DNA of 36,769 nucleotides from a virus (lineage: Duplodnaviria; Caudoviricetes). Shown piece by piece: positions 10,203 to 18,297 of this stretch. The position numbers were made by a program, and so were the translations under genes. Every line of letters begins with the position of its first letter. Position 1 is the stretch's first letter. Location of the stretch: positions 1-36,769 of the IMG/VR virus record IMGVR_UViG_3300037851_001075, one strand, 5' to 3'. The notes below the pieces were generated by a model. It did no database searches, had not been told where the DNA came from, and worked only from the letters and a program-made list of their open reading frames with translations.

Positions 10203-10472
10203 TTACTTCTTTGCCTTTTTTGCTATCGGCTTTATCTCGCTTGCCATAGCATATTTCGGCTTTTCTTTATCGTAATTATACGAAACAGTGCTTGTTTTGT
10301 CAAGATCTTTGCTGATCGACATATAACACAGTTCCCATTTTCCCTTGTTGCTTTTCAGATTAAGGTTGATCCGCGCGTCCTTGTCGCCTACGTTCATCAT
10401 CTCGCCGATCGCTTCGTCATCGATATCAATTTCTATTTCGATCCCTTCCCCACCCGAAAGTTTTGCTTTCAT
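10203..10472 (-). CDS. Hypothetical protein (~89 aa)
   Basis: Fills the gap between portal and scaffold. ATG 10472 follows GGAAGGTGG. Confidence 0.55.
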   Translation of the reverse strand: MKAKLSGGEGIEIEIDIDDEAIGEMMNVGDKDARINLNLKSNKGKWELCYMSISKDLDKTSTVSYNYDKEKPKYAMASEIKPIAKKAKK

Positions 10473-10473
10473 T

Positions 10474-12639
10474 TTACATACCACCTTCCATTTGATTTAA
10501 TGCGCCCTGAAAGTTCTGCGCGCCTTGCCGCATATTAAGAAGTTGCGCGATCTGCGGCGGCAACGCGCCCGCGCCTTGTATCATATTTGCCCGTTCCTGT
10601 GCGATCGCTGCCTGCGCTTCCTGCTCGCCCTGCGCTTCGCCCGCTGCCTGTTCTTCGGGAGTAAGTTGCTGTCTGCCTGCCGCCTGTGCTTCCTGTTGTT
10701 TCTTTAAGATCGCGGCTGCCTTTTTCTGCGCCCTGATCGCTTCGCCTTTTTTGTAAAGTTCAATTTCAGCCGATAAGAACTGCACAAGTTTCATATCGAT
10801 ATGCGTTGCGTCCATACAGCCCGCTGCAAGCAACGGCTCGGTAGCAAAAAGTTTTACCGCCATATCAAGGTGTTCGTTTAAGTGTTTCATAGCAAAATCC
10901 TGAACTTCTTGCGGCTGCTGCGGAAAATCGCTTGTCTTTGTCCACTCGATCACGATCTTCGCGTGGATCAGGTGATTTTCTGTTTTTGATATTGAGATCC
11001 CGTCAAGACGTTTTTCTTTCATTTCATTGTTTTCTATCTTCTGCCTTACTATGTCCTTGAAGTCCTTGCGATATACGCTTTCAACTTCGCCGAACTCCAT
11101 AAGTTCTCGTATCTCTTGCGGCGAAAGGATCTGCGCTGCGCCCATTTGAAACAAGATCTGCTGCCGTGCAACGCGATTAAGCGGAAGCCCGCCCACTACG
11201 TTCACTTCAACTTCGGGGTTTTCAGAAAGATCCTTCCCTATGTATTGCGCGTAATAAATATTTTCTTTGCCGAAAATCTTTATATCGCGCTTTTCTGTGT
11301 AATATTTTCTGATAAGATTAAGGGACTTTTGCCCTGCGCCCGCGAACATATTGAAATATGATCTGATCGTAGGGCTGTGTTGTTGATCGTCTTCTTCCAC
11401 CATATAAGCGAGCATAAGCCCGCTTCTTACTCCTTCGGGGCGCTTCGCCATAGAAGGATCGTGTATCGCGGAAAGATCATCAAGATCCGCTTCAAGTTTC
11501 GCAAGGTTTAAGTGAAAGTATTGCGGCAGTTCTGCGGGTTGCAGCCAAAACGGCTTGCCGATCCTTTCATCGTATCTGAATACTTTTACGCGCCTGTTTG
11601 CGAACTCTTCTGATTTTATTTGTGATTTATACGGCAGACACGGGACAGGGTTTGCTATCTTCTCGCTTAATGCTGCCATTTGTGCGCGGTAAAGTGATAT
11701 TGCCTTATCAAGCGAAACAAGGTATGACATCGGTGTTTCTGCATATCCGAAGCCCGTGTCTATAAACTTTGCCTGATTAAACGGGTGTTTGTTGTCGGGC
11801 GTTCCAAGATCCGCCACTTCAAGGATCTGCCTTTCTGTCATTGTGATTAAGCGCCCTTTCGGATATTCATCTGTCGGCTCTTCGTGGTATTGAACTACTT
11901 CCATATAGTCCTCAAAATGGATCGTGCTATCAAGTTCGTATGGGTTGCCGCAAAGCAATATTCTGTATTTCTGATTTTGCGTATCGATAAGTCCTTCGCC
12001 GTTGTTGATTTTGTTTCCCCACCTTTTCTTTGCGCGTTCGCGTTTCATAATTATCGTATGGAATATGATCGGCGACATCTCTACGCAGGACACCTTCGGG
12101 GGATAATAAACTTCAAAACTGCTTACGTCCAATATTTCAACTTCGCCCTTACGAACAACTTCGCTTCCGCTTACGGCTATTATATCCCCCTTGCCTGAAT
12201 TGTAATGTGCCTTCGTATATGCGTTTCCTGTGATCACATACCACATTTCGCAACGGCTATGAACGCCGTTTTTCTGTGTTTGTTGCCATATTTGCCGCAT
12301 TACGTTTTCAGCAAGTTCAGATCCGAACTCACTTGCCGCGTCAAGTGAATTTGGTATGACGCGTATTATCGGGCTTGCCTTCGCGATCTTCGCAACGATC
12401 GCCCTATATCGCGGCAGCAATTTGTTCGATTTGAAAAACTCCTTGTATTTTTCGCTTTTTATATAATTGTCAAGCGGCTCTACTCCGCCGTTGCGCGTAT
12501 AGACGTATTTATCCCGCGAGAAGGTAGAATAGAAGTTTATGATCCAAACCCCTTCAAGCGGCTTTCGCGCTTCGCGCAGCCCGTCAAACTGCGCCCATAA
12601 TTTCGTGTGTTCCTTTTTCAGATCTATTTGATCGGGCAT
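10474..12639 (-). CDS. Portal protein (P22/BPP-1-like), 721 aa
   Basis: Size and position. Motifs NKLLP, ITGNAY, HPF, GVRSGLML and a Gln-rich C-terminal tail. Confidence 0.85.
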   Translation of the reverse strand: MPDQIDLKKEHTKLWAQFDGLREARKPLEGVWIINFYSTFSRDKYVYTRNGGVEPLDNYIKSEKYKEFFKSNKLLPRYRAIVAKIAKASPIIRVIPNSLDAASEFGSELAENVMRQIWQQTQKNGVHSRCEMWYVITGNAYTKAHYNSGKGDIIAVSGSEVVRKGEVEILDVSSFEVYYPPKVSCVEMSPIIFHTIIMKRERAKKRWGNKINNGEGLIDTQNQKYRILLCGNPYELDSTIHFEDYMEVVQYHEEPTDEYPKGRLITMTERQILEVADLGTPDNKHPFNQAKFIDTGFGYAETPMSYLVSLDKAISLYRAQMAALSEKIANPVPCLPYKSQIKSEEFANRRVKVFRYDERIGKPFWLQPAELPQYFHLNLAKLEADLDDLSAIHDPSMAKRPEGVRSGLMLAYMVEEDDQQHSPTIRSYFNMFAGAGQKSLNLIRKYYTEKRDIKIFGKENIYYAQYIGKDLSENPEVEVNVVGGLPLNRVARQQILFQMGAAQILSPQEIRELMEFGEVESVYRKDFKDIVRQKIENNEMKEKRLDGISISKTENHLIHAKIVIEWTKTSDFPQQPQEVQDFAMKHLNEHLDMAVKLFATEPLLAAGCMDATHIDMKLVQFLSAEIELYKKGEAIRAQKKAAAILKKQQEAQAAGRQQLTPEEQAAGEAQGEQEAQAAIAQERANMIQGAGALPPQIAQLLNMRQGAQNFQGALNQMEGGM

Positions 12640-12647
12640 ATATCACC

Positions 12648-13637
12648 TTATTGGTAGGGATAACGGATCGGCGTTTTATACGCGATCGGCGTTTTATAAA
12701 CTATTGGCGTTTTGTATGCAGGCGGCGGCGCAATTATGCGCGTTGTTATTGGGACAGGCGTATGTGTCTGTGTTATTGTTGGCGTTATTGTATATGTTGG
12801 TGTTATTGTGTGCGTAGGCGTAATTGTAAACGTCTGTGTTATTGTCTGTGTGTTCGTTGCTGTTATGACGGGAGTGTTTGTCTTCGTTATTGTCGGTGTT
12901 ATCGTAGCAGTGTTTCCGCCCGAACAGATCGCGCCGCTGCAAGGTTTAACTCCGCTGTTTGTGTCAGTAGTTCCGCTTGTATCAGTGCTTTCGCAAATAT
13001 CTATCCAAGTAGTGCCGCCGTCAGTTGTAAATTGCAGCCGCACATACTTCCACTGCGTAGCCTCTTTTCCTGTTGGATATCCACCAAGATCGCTATCCTG
13101 TGGGGAAGAATAATCATCTGTTTTCGTAAGGTTGCCCCAGTCGCTTCTGCGCGCTATATAAAGCGCATTTCCGCTTCCCGAAGGTTTAACATAATATCCG
13201 CCCCCTTCAAGATTTTCAGATCCGTTGTATCGAGCAGTAAAGGTTGTCTTTGCATAGTGCGTTATCCCGCCCGATGTTCCACAGTTCTGTTCCGATCCGT
13301 CTGAATAATCAAGTGTCCACGATCCCGAAGCATTTCTTACATAACTGTCAGAAGTGTTATAGACTATCGCCTGATTTGAAGATGTATTATTCGCCCACCC
13401 CGAAGCAGTAATATCTGTTTCCCTAACATATCCTACTATCCGAAGGTCTGAAATCTTAACAGTAAATGTGCAATAGTTTACGATAACGTGCTGAAATGCA
13501 AAGGTGTTCGATGACAGATCGGCGCTTTCAAATGTAAGAAGATCAAAATCAAGATTAGCGCCGCCCGAAACCGTCCTTCCGTATGATCCCGCAGCGATCG
13601 TAATCAATAAAATTAGTGCAAGTAATGTTTTTTTCAT
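12648..13637 (-). CDS. Signal-peptide protein with CBM3-like domain, Thr/Pro-rich linker and (YKTPI)x3 tail
   Basis: MKKTLLALILLITIAAGSYG signal. ISDLRIVGY and RSDWGNLTKTDDYS resemble CBM3 motifs (LSDLKIRYY, KxDWSNYxQxNDYS). TITPT repeats. Confidence 0.6.
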   Translation of the reverse strand: MKKTLLALILLITIAAGSYGRTVSGGANLDFDLLTFESADLSSNTFAFQHVIVNYCTFTVKISDLRIVGYVRETDITASGWANNTSSNQAIVYNTSDSYVRNASGSWTLDYSDGSEQNCGTSGGITHYAKTTFTARYNGSENLEGGGYYVKPSGSGNALYIARRSDWGNLTKTDDYSSPQDSDLGGYPTGKEATQWKYVRLQFTTDGGTTWIDICESTDTSGTTDTNSGVKPCSGAICSGGNTATITPTITKTNTPVITATNTQTITQTFTITPTHTITPTYTITPTITQTHTPVPITTRIIAPPPAYKTPIVYKTPIAYKTPIRYPYQ

Positions 13638-14017
13638 TATTGCAGCCCTATCGCTTTCAGGAAGTATTCGTTTTCAAAATCGTTGTTTATATCAAGTAGC
13701 ATACTTTTCGCCGTCCCCGTTATTTTTTTTGCTTCGTTCCATAGAAGCGTTTTGTTTGTAGTCCCGTAGTCCGTAATGCATATCACATACATATACATCT
13801 TTTCGCTATCAACGTATTTTGATAGGTTGTATTTTACAGCCCTGTCCGCGATCCATATTCCCATATTCCAAAGTCGCGAAGGATAAGGATCGTAAACAAC
13901 AAACGTGTCAATTATCTCTTCGTTATTGTCATAAAGATCTTCCTTTGAAGTCGCGGCAGCAAAAACAGCCGCAGCGACCGCAAAGATGATCGCTATGAGC
14001 GTAATCAGCCGTTTCAT
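13637..14017 (-). CDS. Signal-peptide hypothetical protein, 126 aa
   Basis: MKRLITLIAIIFAVAAAVFA Sec-type signal. TAATG overlap with the next gene. Confidence 0.7.
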   Translation of the reverse strand: MKRLITLIAIIFAVAAAVFAAATSKEDLYDNNEEIIDTFVVYDPYPSRLWNMGIWIADRAVKYNLSKYVDSEKMYMYVICITDYGTTNKTLLWNEAKKITGTAKSMLLDINNDFENEYFLKAIGLQ

Positions 14018-14018
14018 C

Positions 14019-14927
14019 TTATTCTTCCGTGTATGTTATTGAATAGAATACTTCTTCCGATCCCGCGAAAGAAGCCCTTACGATCTGCACGGCGTTCCCC
14101 GAAGATCCCGTGCTTTTTATCTCGCCTGAATTAAAAGACGTTTGCCGCGCGCAGTAAATCTTTGCAATATCAGTTCCCGCAGCAAACTCTACTACTACGC
14201 TTCCCGCGTTGCTTTCGGTAGTTAATACCACGTTCGAAACAACAGCCGATCCCGTAGGTGTAAATATCGTAGTAGTTCCGTTTCCCGTTGTAGTTCCCGT
14301 AATCGTTCCGCCTGCCTTTTTTGTGTAAAGCGGGCGAGTGTTTGTGTTTTCAAAAAGGTTTTGCGCGCTTGAAGGATATCCATATAGCGCAAACGGAAGC
14401 GGGTTTGTTAGAAGATTATTGTAGATAGAAGATCCGTCATACCAAGAAGTTATAGCGCTTACATCAAGGGCGCGCTTTGTCCCTATTACAGACGACATTA
14501 TCCCGTTTAAATTGTAGTCATACGTTCCCGACATCGTGGGAAGAACGGCGCTTCCGCTTATCGTTGAGTTCCTTAATTGCTGTCCCCAACTGTCAAGGAT
14601 CATATAATACGGGGTTGTCGAGAAGCGGCAGTTTACGTCAAGCGCCTGCACGCTTCCAAGAGTAATTGACGTTATTGGCGTTCCCGATCCGTCAGATATC
14701 CAAGCGTCAGATCCAAGCAAATAGTTTCCACCTATCAGTGGGGTATATAACGAACTTGCCCCCGTGCTGTTTAAGAGATACATTGATCCCGCGCCGCCGC
14801 CCGATCCTACCACGTTCACTTCATAAACCCCATAAGGTCTTCCGTTTTCATCTGTTTTGAGAAGGTATGCGAACGCAGCCGCAACGATCATCAAAACAGC
14901 CATTACAACTATCACGATCCTTTTCAT
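14019..14927 (-). CDS. Signal-peptide, Ser/Thr/Gly-rich beta protein (fibre-like)
   Basis: MKRIVIVVMAVLMIVAAAFA signal, a repeated ALDV motif and a beta-rich C-terminal domain. Confidence 0.65.
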   Translation of the reverse strand: MKRIVIVVMAVLMIVAAAFAYLLKTDENGRPYGVYEVNVVGSGGGAGSMYLLNSTGASSLYTPLIGGNYLLGSDAWISDGSGTPITSITLGSVQALDVNCRFSTTPYYMILDSWGQQLRNSTISGSAVLPTMSGTYDYNLNGIMSSVIGTKRALDVSAITSWYDGSSIYNNLLTNPLPFALYGYPSSAQNLFENTNTRPLYTKKAGGTITGTTTGNGTTTIFTPTGSAVVSNVVLTTESNAGSVVVEFAAGTDIAKIYCARQTSFNSGEIKSTGSSGNAVQIVRASFAGSEEVFYSITYTEE

Positions 14928-14938
14928 CTTTGCCACCC

Positions 14939-15301
14939 CTAAAATAAGATTTTGTGTTCACTGTCATCGATAATATCTTCTGTAAGCATATCATCGAATA
15001 TTTTGCGTTCTTTAACTCTCACAAGCACGCCGTCTTGATCTTTGACATCGTATCTATTTTCATCGATCTTAAACCCGCTGAAAAAAGCGTTCAGTGTTTC
15101 TTCGGTTTCTTTTTCCGCTGCGGGCTGTTGATCGGAATTATTTTCTTTGGAAGTATCTTTTGCTTCGGCAAGATCGCGCTGATTTTTTGAGATAGACAAA
15201 AGAGATAAAGCGATATCTTCGAACAATATGAAATACTTGTATGCGGCAAAGCATAATGCCAAAATCGCCGCCGCTGTGATCGCCAAGAGTATATTTGTCA
15301 T
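14939..15301 (-). CDS. N-terminally membrane-anchored acidic protein, 120 aa
   Basis: Hydrophobic residues ~3-25. SD AAGGCGG. Confidence 0.65.
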   Translation of the reverse strand: MTNILLAITAAAILALCFAAYKYFILFEDIALSLLSISKNQRDLAEAKDTSKENNSDQQPAAEKETEETLNAFFSGFKIDENRYDVKDQDGVLVRVKERKIFDDMLTEDIIDDSEHKILF

Positions 15302-15310
15302 AGTGCCGCC

Positions 15311-16969
15311 TTAATCTATGAAGTCGATCCCGTCAAAGTTCAAGCCGTAAGCGGAGTTCTTCCTTTCCCTTCTTGCTTCTCGCAATTCATCATTATTCGA
15401 TTTTTTCTCATTATATCCTTCTTTATCCACGTTGTCAAGGGAAAAGTCGAAGAAGTTCACATCGAGATTAAAAACCTTCGGCGCATATCCGATCGCGTCT
15501 GTCAAGTCATCGTGGGACGCGTTCGGGAAGTTGTCCATTTCGCGGCGCAGTTCTGTTTGAATTACATCTACAACGTCCGCTTCGTTCGGGGACGTTTTCA
15601 TCATCTTGCTGCGTATGCTGCGGAACTGTTTTCGGCGCAGATACGGCTCGATCGCGAGAATACGGGCTTCTTTGCGCCGTCCTTCGTGAGATACGCCGTC
15701 AACGAATACGCGATCTGATAGCCCTATTTCAGCAAGCCGCTGTTCAAGGTAATATGATATTCCGCTTTCAAGCGCGCCCTTTTCGATATAGACGTTGTAG
15801 ATCCGCAATTTTAGGATCATAGCAATCAGATATTCAACTATATCGTGTGTTTCCCCCTTAAACTTTGCCGCGTCAATAAGGTTAAGGAACTTGTTATCGT
15901 AATAAAATGCCGCGATCCCCGTGTAGTCTGTTTGCCGTCCGATAACGCCTGCGGGATCTACAATGATCGCAAGTTGTTCTTGCGGAACTTGCGCTGCCTG
16001 TATCTTGTCAAGGATATCGTGTTCTTCTTCGGGCGTAAGAAAAACAATGTCATTAAAGTTCAGATATCTTGAAACGTTTGCCTGCGGGCTATTCATCATT
16101 TGAAGCGCGAAGGCAAAGTCGCCGAGTATGTATTTGCGTTCATATTCAAGTGCTTCAAGAGAAAACTTCTTCGGGTAAAGCGGTTTCTTGCGCGGATCTG
16201 TCCAGTCGAAGCACGGCGTTCCGTCAGGGAGTATATAACAGGAACGGTGAAATATTTTGAAGGTGTTCCCCATTTGTGTTATGATGTGATTATAAAGATC
16301 ATCTTCGTGCCAACGCGTGCCGTAAACTATCATACGCCCGTGCGGTTTTTTCAGCAACGAGAAAAGATCCTTGAATACGCGCAGGACGCGTTCGCGATCC
16401 TTTTCACTTTCAACGTTATTTCTTTCCACAATGTCATCAACGATTATCAGGTCATAGTGCTTCGATGTTTTGCCCTTGTCAACGCCCATAGTTTCGATCG
16501 TGAAGGTGTTATCAGGCAGCGCGGACGCTGCGGGCGCGACTACGATTTTCTCAATGTTCCATATATCGCCTTTAAACTTTCCGTAGTTCTGTTCGATCGC
16601 GGGGCTTTCAAGGATCTTCTTGATCGCGGCGAGAAAGTCCTGCGATAAGTTCCACGTGGAACTAACGAGAAGTATTGTAATTTCAGGGTTTTTTATAATT
16701 TCCTGTGCGGTATATGTGTAATTTCCTACGGTAGTTTTAAGGTGATGACGCGGGACAAGGATCAGTTTAAATGGATAAGGATCTTTCAGGAACGCGGCAA
16801 ACTCCTGATGAAAGTCATCTGTATCATGATATCCTATCAGGTGAGCAAGTTCAACAAGATCGTGTAGCGCAAGACGGGCGCGCTGCCTGCCCTGAATATC
16901 TTTGAGTTCGCGGCGCAGATCCTTATAAATCTCGATCATATCCTTAATGTTCTTGCCGGCCGCCTTCAT
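15311..16969 (-). CDS. terL: Terminase large subunit, 552 aa
   Basis: Walker A-like PRHHLKTT, Walker B LIIVDD, coupling motif GTRWHEDDLY, nuclease IIVDPA and HDDLTDA. Confidence 0.93.
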   Translation of the reverse strand: MKAAGKNIKDMIEIYKDLRRELKDIQGRQRARLALHDLVELAHLIGYHDTDDFHQEFAAFLKDPYPFKLILVPRHHLKTTVGNYTYTAQEIIKNPEITILLVSSTWNLSQDFLAAIKKILESPAIEQNYGKFKGDIWNIEKIVVAPAASALPDNTFTIETMGVDKGKTSKHYDLIIVDDIVERNNVESEKDRERVLRVFKDLFSLLKKPHGRMIVYGTRWHEDDLYNHIITQMGNTFKIFHRSCYILPDGTPCFDWTDPRKKPLYPKKFSLEALEYERKYILGDFAFALQMMNSPQANVSRYLNFNDIVFLTPEEEHDILDKIQAAQVPQEQLAIIVDPAGVIGRQTDYTGIAAFYYDNKFLNLIDAAKFKGETHDIVEYLIAMILKLRIYNVYIEKGALESGISYYLEQRLAEIGLSDRVFVDGVSHEGRRKEARILAIEPYLRRKQFRSIRSKMMKTSPNEADVVDVIQTELRREMDNFPNASHDDLTDAIGYAPKVFNLDVNFFDFSLDNVDKEGYNEKKSNNDELREARRERKNSAYGLNFDGIDFID

Positions 16970-17547
16970 AATGCGCCTACATCTACGCCCTTTTCAGCGA
17001 AGAACTTTTCAAGCACGCTCATCTTATCGAGCAGTTTCTTCGCTATCTCGTTGTCGGCGCTTTCCGTTTTTATTAAACCCGCTACCCCTATGTTCTGTGT
17101 GCTTTGTCCTGTTTCAAGGCGGTAAATATCGTAGTTTACTTTTACGATTTTTGACAGATCGCCGATCGAAGCGTCAGCCAATTTCTGCGGCGTGATCGCG
17201 GCAAGGGCGTATGCAAGGCGATCCTTCGCGGCAAGTTGAAGGTTATCCCTTACCTTCTCGATCGCAACGCTGCTTGCGCTTTCATTGAACGCTTTTTCAA
17301 TGAAAGTTTTCAGCGGGGACACCATAATCTTATCGAGTATTCGGACAACGTATCGTTTATCGCGCCCTACGATCGCAGCGATTTCGCGTTCGGACTTTGC
17401 CTGCTTGCGCAGGACGTAAACCGCCTTGACTTCATCAAGCGACATTTTCTTTGCCGCCATAGGGTTAAGAATAGACAGTTCGTCTTCCGACAGATTACCG
17501 TCATTGATTATTTTCGGAAGAGCAGACGGGTTGCCTATATTCGCCAT
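16966..17547 (-). CDS. terS: Probable terminase small subunit (HTH), 193 aa
   Basis: HTH SEREIAAIVGRDKRYVVRIL and C-terminal RLETGQSTQNI. Overlaps the terL start. Confidence 0.7.
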   Translation of the reverse strand: MANIGNPSALPKIINDGNLSEDELSILNPMAAKKMSLDEVKAVYVLRKQAKSEREIAAIVGRDKRYVVRILDKIMVSPLKTFIEKAFNESASSVAIEKVRDNLQLAAKDRLAYALAAITPQKLADASIGDLSKIVKVNYDIYRLETGQSTQNIGVAGLIKTESADNEIAKKLLDKMSVLEKFFAEKGVDVGAL

Positions 17548-17551
17548 AGGA

Positions 17552-17989
17552 TCACCCGTTGCCCGTGATTATGAAAAAGTCCCGCGCGGAATAAACCACC
17601 CTGCCCGTAGAACTTTTATTTGCAAGGCGTTTCCCGACAAGGATCTTTTCCGTTCGGAACGCCTTTGCCGTGATCGCAGACGCAAACAGAAAGATGTCCT
17701 TCGGTATTCGTTCGAGTATGGACTTTGCTTCGATGTCCTTGATCGGATAGACGCGGTTATGAAGGATATTGATCCCTTCAATTTTTTTCATAATTGGGTT
17801 TTTGACTTTGACCTTAAAGAGTTCAGCGATCGTTTCATCGGCAGGGGGAAGTTCTGTGCCGTCATCGAAGAAAACAGGATAGGGCGCGGAATTGACTATC
17901 AACGCGCCGTTGATCAGGAACGCTTGAAGACGCAGCGTATCGCCGAGCGCCGTCTTGACCTTAACTTCCTTGCAAATTGCCGTTGTCAT
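17552..17989 (-). CDS. Hypothetical protein, first gene of the late operon (~145 aa)
   Basis: ATG 17989 preceded by AAAAAACGAAAGGCGGAG and a sigma70 promoter. Confidence 0.7.
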   Translation of the reverse strand: MTTAICKEVKVKTALGDTLRLQAFLINGALIVNSAPYPVFFDDGTELPPADETIAELFKVKVKNPIMKKIEGINILHNRVYPIKDIEAKSILERIPKDIFLFASAITAKAFRTEKILVGKRLANKSSTGRVVYSARDFFIITGNG

Positions 17990-18015
17990 CGTGTCTCCGC
18001 CTTTCGTTTTTTGCA

Positions 18016-18044
18016 AGCATATCAGACGGGCAGGAACTTGTCAA
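18016..18044 (-). promoter_or_regulatory. sigma70-type promoter of the leftward (late) operon
   Basis: TTGACA (18044-18039), 17-bp spacer, TATGCT (18021-18016). Confidence 0.8.
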
Positions 18045-18297
18045 CAATTATTTCACAGTTCGTCAACATTTTATCCACAGGGCAAATTACAGAAAACGCC
18101 GCGCCGAAAAGGATCTTCTGGGTTATCCACTTATCCACCGCTACAACAACATCTACAAGGTTTTAAGTATTTCTTAAATACAAAGAACTTGTAGTAGTTG
18201 TATAGCGCGCCCAAAAATGTGGATAACCACCTAAAACGCATACAGGACAAGGAAAAGATATCCACAAAGTTATACACATCTATCCACAAAACCCACA
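18038..18297. other. oriC-like replication origin: DnaA-box clusters with an AT-rich core
   Basis: Consensus boxes TTATCCACA 18071-18079, TGTGGATAA 18218-18226 and TTATACACA 18270-18278. One-mismatch boxes at 18049, 18123, 18131, 18258 and 18280; more degenerate ones at 18038, 18060 and 18289. AT-rich 18161-18190. Confidence 0.8.

Noticed and set aside
12660-12910. Tandem-like DNA repeats (GTTATTGT, GGCGTTTTATA)
   Set aside because: Explained by the encoded Thr/Pro stalk and YKTPI peptide repeats.
201-18166. Numerous plus-strand ORFs in the track (e.g. 745..1176, 12651..13304, 16100..16648, 17426..18166)
   Set aside because: Antisense shadows of the tightly packed minus-strand operon, with no SD or protein-like motifs.
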